Positions 52,510 to 64,000 of a stretch of 64,000 bases of DNA are shown here, piece after piece (the first letter of the stretch is position 1; every line of letters begins with the position of its first letter). The notes under the pieces are model-generated. The model saw only the letters and a list, made by a program, of their open reading frames with translations, did no database searches and was not told the DNA's origin. The position numbers were made by a program, and so were the translations under genes. Origin of the DNA: Utricularia gibba (taxonomy: Eukaryota > Plantae > Magnoliophyta); NCBI GenBank assembly GCA_002189035.1, contig CM007990.1, positions 620,001-684,000 on the forward strand. The letters are read 5' to 3'.

Positions 52510-53762
52510 ATGGGAGAGGTGCAGTGCGGTCTCCATTGTTCTTCATTTTTAACTCCTTTTGCTTTCTGCTACCTCTAAATTTCCCCCATCTTTTTTTTTT
52601 GTTTTGATCGCAGCAGGAAGAGAAGAAGAAGCCAGAAGAATCCCCCAACGCCGAGGAGAAGTCGAAAGAAAATGCTCCGGAAGCTAAGAAGCCGGAACCC
52701 GACGGCGGAAACAACAAGTCCGACGAGTCCCCGCCGCCACCGCCGTCTCCTCCCCGCCTCAGGAAATTATCTTAAAAGTTTTCATGCACTGCGAGGGATG
52801 CGCCAGAAAAGTCCGGGCTTGTTTGAAAGGATTTCAAGGTAATTCAAATGTAGAACTCTTACACAGTCACTTGGCCTTTTCATTGTATGCTTGTTATGCA
52901 GGAGTCGAGGAGGTAAAAACAGACTGTAAAGCAAGCCAAGTGACGGTAAAAGGTGAGAAAGCAGATCCAATGAAGGTTCTCGAGAGGGTACAGAGGAAGA
53001 GCCACCGGAAGGTTGAGCTCATTTCTCCGGTTCCAAAGCCGCCGACGGAGGAACCGCAGAAGAAAGAGGAGAAAGAACCAAAGCCTGATGAGGGAAATGA
53101 AAAGGTGAAGACTTTTTAACTCTTCTCTGTAGATTTTAGACATCTTTGATTGATCCATAATGTGAAATTCCTCGTTTTTGTCTGGTTCTCCCACAGTCAC
53201 CTCCCCTGACCGTGGTTCTAAGTGTCTGCATGCATTGCGACGCCTGTGCTCAGGAGATCAAGAAGAGAATCCTCAGAATGAAAGGTAAACCGTTTTCCAC
53301 CTTCTCCTTTTTAATCCAATTTACCGCGGCGCTTAACGGCGCTTTCCCATAGGAGTTGAGAGTGTAGATCCGGACCTGAAGTCATCCAGAGTGACGGTAA
53401 AGGGTGTCTTCGAGCCGGAAAAGCTGGTGGAATACGTGTACAGAAGAACGGGGAAGCAAGCGACGATCATCAACGAGGAGCCGGAGAAGAAAGAAGAGAG
53501 TAAGCCCAAAGAAGACAAGGATGCCGCTGCTTCCAGCAGCGAACAGGCCGAAAAAGAAGGCAAAAAGGACGACTCCACGGCGGCGCCGGCGCCTGCGGAG
53601 CCAGAGGACCCGAAAGTCGACATGAAGAAGAACGAGCTGTACTACTATTACCCACAGAACATGCACTTCAACCCCATGAAGAGATTCATGCTGGAGGATT
53701 ACACCTACCACGCGCCGCAGATGTTCAGCGACGAGAACCCCAACGCCTGCTCGGTGATGTAA
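52510..53762 (+). CDS. Heavy-metal-associated isoprenylated plant protein (two HMA domains, CaaX), with an apparent 1-nt frameshift at about 52752-52755
   Basis: Exon 1 MGE (52510-52518), E/K-rich linker, KVFMHCEGCARKV, second HMA MHCDACAQEIKK, C-terminal APQMFSDENPNACSVM* (CaaX). Confidence 0.92.
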
Positions 53763-55172
53763 ATTCGTCAGGGAGACGAGGGTAAAATGGGAAGGAACGG
53801 GACTTCCGTTTCTCCCTCAAACGATGATGTCCTTGTCGGACGGTGGGCCCCTTGTTCTCTGTAGGGGCCCACAGTAGAATGATGGACGGAAAGGAGCTGT
53901 AGAATATTGTGGGCTCAAGTTCTGTTCTCTCTCACTTTACTGCTGCTGCTGCTGTTTCTTCCATCCATCTCTTGCCTTATAAACTGAAATTACCGTAATA
54001 CCCCTTACATTCATAATTCTTGTCAAAAACCTAGGGTTACTGATGTAATAAAATAGGTGGGTTTACTTTTATTTGGGATGAAAAAAAAATACTTGGATAG
54101 AAAAAAAAACTTAATTCTACCTTTGAGTTATTTTTATTATATGATTTCAATATATATCTTTTTAATCATACATAAGTTAACCAATCAGTCAAACATATAA
54201 ACAATTTTTAGTTTTCTATAGAAACCCTTTATATCAATCTAACAAAACACATTCTATTATTTGAAACGAATAATATAAAAAAAATTAAAATTGTAAAAAT
54301 TTGGTGTTTTAAAAAAAATAATATCTTATAAAAAGAAATTGAATTGTTATTATTATAAAAAAAAGTTAGATTACATATATAGTAAATGATGATAATTGAT
54401 ATCAAAATAAAATTCTATCCCATAATTACTATCGAGTTTTTAAAGCAACGGGAGTACATAGTATTGTAAAACATAAAATCATAAGAGTTTAATATTCGAA
54501 ATAAATAATATCTGGTATAAATAACGTGAGTCATTATCGTGTAAAATAAAGGGAAAGCCTTGCGAGGGCTCCATACAATGGACCAGATTTCCTTTTATCT
54601 CCACGTTCCCAAAAGCGACTCCTTTTTCATGACTACCGAAGTAAATGGCGAGAAAGCAGTAGATGTTGGTGGTCAAGGGGTGGGACATGTCTACTGTCAA
54701 TCGTCACTGGGAGGAAGGCAGTCGCAGAGGAGGATTCGTGAGGGTAAAAACCAACCGGAGGTGGTAAATTCCAAGCCCGGCGGCAGAGCACAGTGGAGGT
54801 GAATGTGTTTTCACCGCGACAACCTCATTCCCCCACCTTTACTGCACTGCACACACAAGTGTTCCTTCACCTTTTCTTTCTTTCTGCTGGCCCGCGCCAT
54901 CATCTCCCCCCTTGAAAAGGCTATGCTACCAGATTGAGGGCTGGAATGAATGGAATGAAAACACCATCGCTTAGATGATGGAATCATAGTATGAGTAACT
55001 ATAGGTAAAACTCAATTATATAATAAACGTGAATTATATTAGTAAAAATTAAATTCAATGAATTACTACTATTGATCTATAATCTCTTATATATTTAATT
55101 ACTTTAATTTCATTTTGTAATGTGAGTAATTGCTTGTTGTAATAGTTGCTTATTTGATATGGGTAGCAGAAG

Positions 55173-55186
55173 GTGTGTGTGTGTGT
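55173..55186. repeat. (GT)7 microsatellite
   Basis: gtgtgtgtgtgtgt at 55173-55186. Confidence 0.9.
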
Positions 55187-56962
55187 GGTGCCAAGGTTGG
55201 TTGGCTTGCTGATTCTGAAATCATCTGAAATATAACTAGAGTTGATTTTGGGTTGCTTGGCACATGGGGCTGGGGGGGCAAAAGGCAAGCTACTGTGTGT
55301 GGAGGATTAAGACAAGTCATGGTCCCTAACACATCTTCATCCTGCTGCAGATTCTAATCAGCTCTATAGCACCAGCGCTCCTTCCTTTAATCGTCTGAAC
55401 GTGGGATGGAATCAACCACACAAAGTATTGTGTTTTCCCTGTCAAACAAAGGCTTTGTATAAAGGTGTGCAGATTTGTTTTACTACACAATGAATCTCTG
55501 TCCTTTTTGAAAGAAAGAAAGAAAGAGAGGGTGGGTTGGTGCCTCCTTGGCTCTACTTTTCCTGCTAAAGTCCTAACCACCTCACGCTTATCTGTCCCTT
55601 TATATCACAAAATCAAACATTTTGCATCATTTGCAGACAGCACAGCAACATGGGCTGGCTCGTTTTATCAAGAAAACCCCCATCTGATTCTGATCTTCCA
55701 TCTGAAACAAAAAGGAGGAAAGTTGAGACATGATGGTGAGCTGCATTCACCACTTCTTATCTTGTAGTACAAAGATAGAAGGAAATCAGGAAATGTGTGG
55801 TTGAATGGATTCACATGGCAGCCACATCTGGGACTGGGAGAGAGGGGAGGGGACCCTCTCTGATACACTGCTTTTTCTTCTTTGAATTGCGAAGAGATGC
55901 AGCTGTTTGCTGAGTAGGACTGCAGTGAAATCAACCCCACACACACCAAACACACCCCTCCATTATCATCTCCTGCTTCTGCTTCTTGCCCTGGAGAAGA
56001 GAACAGAAGAATTCTTCTGTTTAAATATATTTTGAAATATAAATAAAAATTATTAAACCCCATTATTATAACATTTAAATACATAAATAAATCAACATTC
56101 AAAAAGGGGAACTTTGCATTTTGTATTTTTTTTATTTGTGTAAATATTTGTTAAATGGGAAAGCAAAAAATGACGGCGGTAAATCCTATAAAAATACAGC
56201 CGTCATTTGTGGTTTTGAGTGCGAGTGACGTATGCGACTTTTCCTGCGGGTGACAGCTTTCGCTTTTGCTCGGATTTTAAGACGTGGAGTCTGAGATTTT
56301 ACCGCAGCTTTTCTTACAAATTTTGAGTTATAAAATACGCTACTCCTATTTATTAATTTTATTATTATTTATTTCAGTTCATGAAAAAATGATCATTTTT
56401 AATTTTTTTTTCATATATTAAAATAAACAAATAATATGGAAAATAAGCATTTTTATTAGACACACATTATAAGATAATACTAAATCACCTTTAATTCAAA
56501 ATAAATATTATTTTTATTTTTTATATTGTATTTTATTTTAAATTTTTTCAAAAATATTTGTTCGACTCCAATTTGTAGTTAGCGTCCTTGCCTCAAGCCC
56601 GATTCTAATGGGTTTGAACTATGATTTGAACCAAATTAGTCACTTCCACCAGCCCATTTCAATTAGTTCAGATGAGTAATAGATATACTCGTATTATTAG
56701 AACAAATAATCATACATTTGAAAATTAAAATGATATGCTTAATATATAATAAATTACGAGCCATTAATACTTGATTACACTTTATTTTTTTAAATATAAT
56801 CTATGTTTATTATGTATTTAAACTTCGGATATATATACACCAGAGTCACTACATCCTTAAGTTCAACACGTATAAATGCGTTACTACATAAATCAGAATT
56901 TCGTAAGTTTACATGTTCGCCCCATATAAATTAACATAAGAACCAAATTAGGGACCACGAAA

Positions 56963-58433
56963 CTACACATTGGACTTGTCTTCCGCCACCCTCTCCATGG
57001 AGCCCTCTCCTTCCTCCCCATCCGGCCTTCTCTTCTTGTACACCATGTACAAGATTATTTGCACCAGAGCGAAAATGAACCCCAATATATTCGGAGCCTA
57101 TGAACAAAAATTCCAGGTTTGAGACGGGTCGAACCGATTAATCGAAAGAGACATAGAGTAAGATATGACCATGATATGAAGATCCTTGAGAAAGAACCCG
57201 TAGAAGAACCACATCACTGCATTGGAAAGAAGGGCGAACGACAAAGCTGCGGGCATGTACTCCACACTCTTTGTCCGAATCACTTTCATCTGCATGTAAT
57301 AACATAAATGTTCACTAGGGCAAATGGAAATATATATGCTTTTTTAATAATATCAAATAATTTCACTATGTATATGAGATGTTCAGAACGATGTGATTTG
57401 GGATTCCAATTTTGATGTGAAGTTGATTTTTGGTTTATTTTAAAAATAAAATATTATTCTTGTCACCTACAAAAGATAAATGCGATAAAAAATATTTTTA
57501 CTAACATAATATTTGATTATAAAAAATATGTATTATTTAAGTTTGATATAAATAGTGTTTTGGAAAAGTAAAAAATTAAAGTATAAATAAAATTGAGAAT
57601 ATTCTGAAAAATTCTTTTTGAAAAAAATGTGTTGAAGTTGAAATAAAATTGAAAATTAAGAGATATCCTATTTTTTAATTTAGTTTGTATTATTTGATTG
57701 TTTATTTTTTTTAAAAAAAAAAAAGAGTAGAAAAGACAGTGTTTTTGTTACCATGATACTCAAGGGTGCTACAAATACAGCGAGGGCGAAGGACATGGAA
57801 ACCCATCCCACGACCTGGACGCGTCCTTGTTTCACGACGAGCATCGTGAGGGAGAGGAGCAACCCGAACCCGAGTGCGATGAGGAGGAGGAGCTTCAAAG
57901 CTGCTATCTGCGATCGGAAAAAGGGATGGATATTGGACGGCGTGCCGATCGGAAAAAGGGAGAGTTAGTCAGTGTGTCAGTCAGCTGGTGAGACGTTACC
58001 CTGGCTCTTTTATCGGCGTAGGTGACGAAGACGGCGATGTAAAGCGTCTCGACGACGAGCCCAAAGGAGTTGATGGTGATGAGTAGAGCGACGTTCTTCT
58101 TCAGCATGCCGTAGTAGAGCCAGAGGACGCAGCTCAGCCATGCAACAGCGTAAGGGACGCTGTGAAACCCCTCCGTTGATTTCTTCTTCACTATTCGGTA
58201 AAAAGTTGGCCTGTCGCGCCGCTCCCAAGGTTAAAAAGATGAAAAAAAAATGAAGGGAAGCCAAGTGCACTTACACCGGAGCCAGAAACACCATCACAGA
58301 AACCACGTTACCTAGAAAACCCACATCAGAACTCCATCAGAACCTAAAATCTCTTGCAAAAAAGGTGATTGATGTACCCACCCAGAAGCCCGAAGGTGAA
58401 CTGAAGCGGGTGGTGGAGATTGAAGATCGCCAT
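56963..58433 (-). CDS. SWEET: Bidirectional sugar transporter SWEET, clade III (SWEET9-15 type), 6 exons
   Basis: [69 protein letters not shown] and PNILGF. Short tail ending ..AEDKSNV*. Standard SWEET exon layout. Confidence 0.93.
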
Positions 58434-58510
58434 GGAGGTGATTATTCTACCTTCTTCCTGCCAGCCTCTCTGTGTCTGGGGTTACTGCAAAGTGCAAGCA
58501 GGAGGGAGAG

Positions 58511-58524
58511 GCTTAAATAGAGGT
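58511..58524 (-). promoter_or_regulatory. TATA-like box of the SWEET promoter
   Basis: CCTCTATTTAAGCC on the - strand, about 85 nt upstream of the ATG. Confidence 0.45.
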
Positions 58525-59613
58525 AAAAAAGAGGGAGCCGAGTTCTGGTAAGAATTAAAAGGCTTCTGGTGCATTGAATCGAAGTTAAGGTGTGTGGAAG
58601 AGAGTCAAGCGTAGGGCGATCGATAGCGATGATTTGCGATGCTCCTGCAAGTACTTGGAAGGGAAACATTTCTTGAAGGCAAAAAGGTACCCTCAAATTG
58701 GCACAATGCCGACTTTGTACCATCCCCAAACAACCACAATAATAATATTATTATTTATATTGCATGAAAATGAGAACATTGTAACAAAAATAATTCAATT
58801 TTAGTTCATTACAAAACTTATCAAGTTTTAAAATTACAATATATATATATATACAAGGAAGATCTAAATAGTTTTCAAAATTTTTAAAAAATGAATCTGT
58901 TTGTGTCACCATGAACGGATTATTGTTTTATAAAATTTTATATTAGGGTTTTTCGTATTCACATTTCGATGAATCAAATGATACACTTATTAAAATTATA
59001 TTGTATTCACATTTTGTATAATTTAAAATGATGATGGTAACATTGCATTCGTATCTGCATTTTATATGATTCAAAGTGATGATGATTATATCATATTTGT
59101 ATTTGCGTCTCTATCGTTATAACTATGTTAAAATTAAAATCGATTAATTTTGGTAAATGAAAGATTAAATATTTAATTTCATAAATTAGAATGTAAATTA
59201 TTTACAAAAAAACAAATTGAGTATAATACAATTTTTAAATTTGGGAATTAAAATATTTATACTACCTGTAATTTGGATTTACACCGAAAAATTCCAATCA
59301 ATAAATATTGTTTAATTGGACAAAAATGCACAGAATGGAAACTTGAGGGGCGAAATAGTATTTTACGATTAAGTATGGGCCGCTTTTGACATTTTTGGTT
59401 TTTTTGGGGAACTAAATGAAGACATAAGCATGTTATTTACCGCCACAAAAGAAATATTTTTTTCAAGGCGATGGCCATGCGCTGCCTCTTAACTAACATA
59501 ACTGTTTTCTAAAAAAAGCGAGCGGTTATTCATCTTCTATTCAGTTTTCGGTTACCTTTTTTGGCGCCCATTTCTTCTTCCCCCCGCGTTGATTAGTTTG
59601 GATAGGATCTTTA

Positions 59614-60276
59614 ATGGGTTGCGGTGCTTCACTGCCGGAAGGCGGTGGCGCAGCGGGGCTCCGGCCGTTCTTAATCCAGCGCTTGGAGGACGTCCGGCTG
59701 AGGCGGCAGACACGGCCGATCAAGGCCTCCGACACAACTCCCTCCAAGAAAGAGCTTCTCATGCAACCCGAAAAAATGGATGAAGATGACGATAACCTTT
59801 CCTCCTCCCATACCAATAGCTACAAGACGCCACCCATTACGCCGGTGAAGAACGCCGGAGACCACATCTACAAGGGCGAGGAAGAGGATGATAGGTCGTC
59901 CTCCGTGGACGACGACGACGACAGGCGGATCCGGCGAGGCGACGGCGAAACTCCTGGATCGCCGAGCTTTCGGGTGTATTTCAACGAAGACGGTACTATG
60001 GCTTCCAAAGGCTCCATTTCCAGTGATGACACCACCCAATCTACGGTAAACAAATAGAATCATAAACAGAACATTTGATTTCCATGGATTCTGACTGGTT
60101 GGGTGAAGGGTTCTCCTGAGAGGAAGAAGAAGGCCCGAAGAGGAAGGAAGAGGAGAAGCTTTCGAATGGTGATTCCTAGAGGAGGCCAGGTGAAGAGCTT
60201 GCTGAATGTCACCTCATGTTATACACCTTCACATGATCAGGCTCGTCTCCTCCCCACAAAGATCGCTTCAAACTAA
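59614..60276 (+). CDS. Uncharacterised small protein with an N-terminal MGCGAS acylation motif
   Basis: Exon 59614-60045 plus exon 60109-60276 (63-nt GT-AG intron). Contains TPGSPSFRVYF and a basic tail RKKKARRGRKRR, and ends HDQARLLPTKIASN*. Confidence 0.78.
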
Positions 60277-60954
60277 ACCAAACTGCTCAGATGTTGTCCT
60301 CTGCTTGCTGTCTGAACGACATCCATGGATCCAAGCCTGGATTGTATCATGTGTTAGTCCACAGGTAGCACCACAGGAAACTGATAAATAGCTGAGCACT
60401 CCCAGTTACAGTTCTGATCAGCCAAAAAGGCTGGTTTTTTTGGTTATGTATCCATCATGTATGAACACAATTCATTTGTTCCCTTTCACAATCAAAGCTG
60501 TTTCCCACTGCTTGATACAGGCGTTTTACTGCATAACAGAGGTAGTGAAATTGACAGGGGAGTGGTTGAATGGAGAGGTTTGATTAACAAGTCAGAAGAT
60601 CTTTCTGGTTTAGCATATGATTTTCTCCGAAGCCCCTCTGCACCTGAGCCTCAAACCAAAATGAAGATCTACCATATGTTTTCGATTCAGAATCCCAAAA
60701 AGATGATATACTGTTCCGTGACATATTTTCTCTATTGACACCAAGTTAGCTATCCTCTCTGTACCCTTTTTCTCTATCCCTGTGGGAGACTCACATAGAG
60801 TGATGGAGGACGGGGTTCAAAGTAGGTAGTGAAAGAGTGAGTGGAGATCAAGGAAAATGATTTAAAGCCGTGAGATTTTAGTGATCATTTCAATGAAAGA
60901 CCCATTGGCTGTATGTAGCAGAACAATGATATGATGTTTTACCAACTACAGATA

Positions 60955-62236
<1,282 letters not shown>

Positions 62237-62395
62237 TTCAGCTCTCTTGCTTTCTTTCAGGATGCAAGGTAGACGTTGCCGGATTCTGGAGAAACTCCTC
62301 CGCCTCGAATTTCTCCACTCGCACGACGAACATTAACCTGAATCGCGATGTTTCATTTTTCGATTTTAATTTATTTAATTAATCTTCTTTCATAA

Positions 62396-62432
62396 TGGGC
62401 TAAAGCCCGTTAATGATAGACTAATGGGCCCA
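62396..62432. promoter_or_regulatory. Site II elements in the short bidirectional UBC27 / TFIIE-beta promoter
   Basis: TGGGCT at 62396, AGCCC at 62404 and TGGGCCCA at 62425, between head-to-head genes. Confidence 0.55.
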
Positions 62433-63012
62433 AAACCGCCGTATTCAAATCGGGTCATACCCGAACGGTATAAATCGGGTTTGCGCGATTTTGAGGTTCA
62501 GACTTCAACTCATTCGTCTTCCTTCTGGTGCCTTTTTTGCGATCTCGAGAGTGGGTTAGTTTACATTTCTTGCACCGATTTCCATTTTTTGTACTTGTTT
62601 TCTGGTAATCTGTGGATTCATTATAGAATTGGTTGCAATCGGGAGCTGCAGGGGTTCGTCCTTTGTGTACTTGGCGTTTCCAGTCCCTTGGATACTCTAT
62701 TTGGTTTGGTATTTCTCCTTGCAGCGGATGCCTTGCGTTAGTTTGAATGGATTTTTTTTCTGAATTTATTTAGGTTTTTCTCCCTTCTGTCTGCAGAATC
62801 TGGGTGCTAATCCTTGGTGCCTCGCCAGATTCAGAAATTATAAGGTGATCCTTTTTGTTCTTTCGGTTGTGTTCTTTGGCTCATGTGATTTGAAAGACAT
62901 GAGAAGTAGACGGGTTTTGAATAGATGTTTTTTTGCGTATGGTTTCATTGTTGTTGTTCTAGGGTTTCTTGGCTTCAACGATCATAAGTTTTTACTTTTT
63001 TTTTTCCTTTAG

Positions 63013-63926
63013 ATGGCTTTACTTCAAGACAGCTTGTCAAAGTTTAATAAGCAGCAAGAGAAAGTACAATCAGTGCTCACGAGCATGAGCAAAGCAAAGG
63101 CAGCATATTCCCAAAATAATCCTTCAAAGTCCATGCCCGCCACTTCCTCCGCACCATCAAATGCAAAATCACCTGTGCAACCAATTAAATTTTCAAATGA
63201 TACAGAACGTCTTCAGCATATAAATAGCATCAGAAAAGCCCCTGTTGGGGCACAAATCAAGCGTGTTATTGATTTGCTCTACGAGGTACTTTTCCCGTGA
63301 ACCCTCTATTGATTCTGCCATGTGTTTTTATATCGAAGTTGAAATAATATGCAGCTGCAATGTCTCACAATGCCTGATACTGTGGCTTTAATTGAGGCCA
63401 TGTTATAATATGTGTGATATCTTTCTTTGGAGGTTCAGTCCATTGTTCTATTGTATGATAATTGGATTGCAAGCTTGGTTTTTCGTCCTTATTGTAGCTA
63501 CTTATGTCCTACCCTCCTAGTTTGACTTTTATGACGTGTCTATTTGATTCAAGTTTCTCATCCTCAGACCAGGCAAGCCTACACTCCTGATCAGATAAAT
63601 GAAGCATGCTATGTGGATATGAATGCAAACAAAGCAGTCTTTGATAGTCTACGAAACAATCCTAAAGTGAATTATGACGGGAAAAGATTCTCCTACAAGG
63701 TAATATTTCTACCTTGTCCAGCCCCAGACAGGGTCATCATTGTATGTGAATCTCAACACTCTTACCTCTGAACTTTGAAGAGGTGATGGTTTGCTTATTT
63801 TATTTCCAGTCGAAGCACGATTTGAAAGACAAGAATGAACTCCTAGTCTTGATTCGGAAATTCCCAGAGGGCATCGCTGTCATTGACCTTAAGGATGCAT
63901 ATCCAACGGTTATGGATGACTTGCAG
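63013..63926 (+). CDS. TFIIE2: General transcription factor IIE subunit beta, 5' exons (gene continues past the window end)
   Basis: MALLQDSLSKFNKQQEK, FSNDTERLQHINSIRKAPVGAQIKRVIDLLYE|TRQAYTPDQINEACYVD, NPKVNYDGKRFSYK|SKHDLKDKNELL.LIRKFPEGIAVIDLKDAYP. Confidence 0.92.
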
Positions 63927-64000
63927 GTAACCTTTCCCCTGCTCAGCTATCCAGCCTGAGTTAAGCATCATCATTCATCTTTGGGTTGATAAAAACCATC

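Noticed and set aside
54790-55600. Partial similarity to miR166, miR156* and miR169-like words
   Set aside because: Too many mismatches and no fold-back partner arm found.
56560-56571. TGTTCGACTCC resembling a tRNA/SINE B-box
   Set aside because: No A-box, no cloverleaf and AT-rich flanks.
49067-58433. WRI1, SWEET and (distant) ERD6-like as a carbon-partitioning gene cluster
   Set aside because: No shared pathway enzymes or shared motifs, and separated by unrelated genes; ordinary synteny explains it.

Overview
Eukaryotic nuclear DNA from a flowering plant, with no prokaryotic features, CRISPR arrays, rRNA or tRNA. The window is very gene-dense: 18 protein-coding loci in 64 kb, most introns about 60-100 nt, short AT-rich spacers and no intact transposon. 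This suggests a miniaturised eudicot genome (inference; species not determinable from sequence alone). Gene order: TOP2 (3' part, +), OBERON4/TITANIA-like (-), ERD6-like sugar transporter (+), organellar Tyr-tRNA ligase (+), CFAP20/BUG22 (-), BRCT-domain protein (-), MPH1 (+), Pol III subunit NRPC2 (38 exons, +), MAP65 (-), exportin-7 (-), SUN1/2 (-), uncharacterised coiled-coil protein (+), WRINKLED1-like AP2 factor (+), HIPP (+), clade III SWEET (-), uncharacterised N-acylated protein (+), UBC27 (-), TFIIE-beta (5' part, +). Exons were spliced by hand. Three otherwise intact genes (ERD6-like, the uncharacterised + gene, HIPP) are each exactly one base short at a G/C homopolymer; this is most likely a consensus-sequencing artefact but needs checking. 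Other highlights: a 9-nt WRI1 micro-exon giving IYL instead of VYL, two well-supported and one candidate GC-AG introns, candidate uORFs, and two unexplained non-genic islands (about 50.9-52.25 kb and 54.5-56.0 kb). The islands contain a candidate micropeptide gene, a G-quadruplex/hairpin pair and a tasiR-ARF-like 21-mer. No clearly new biological system could be established from sequence alone; the two islands are the best leads.
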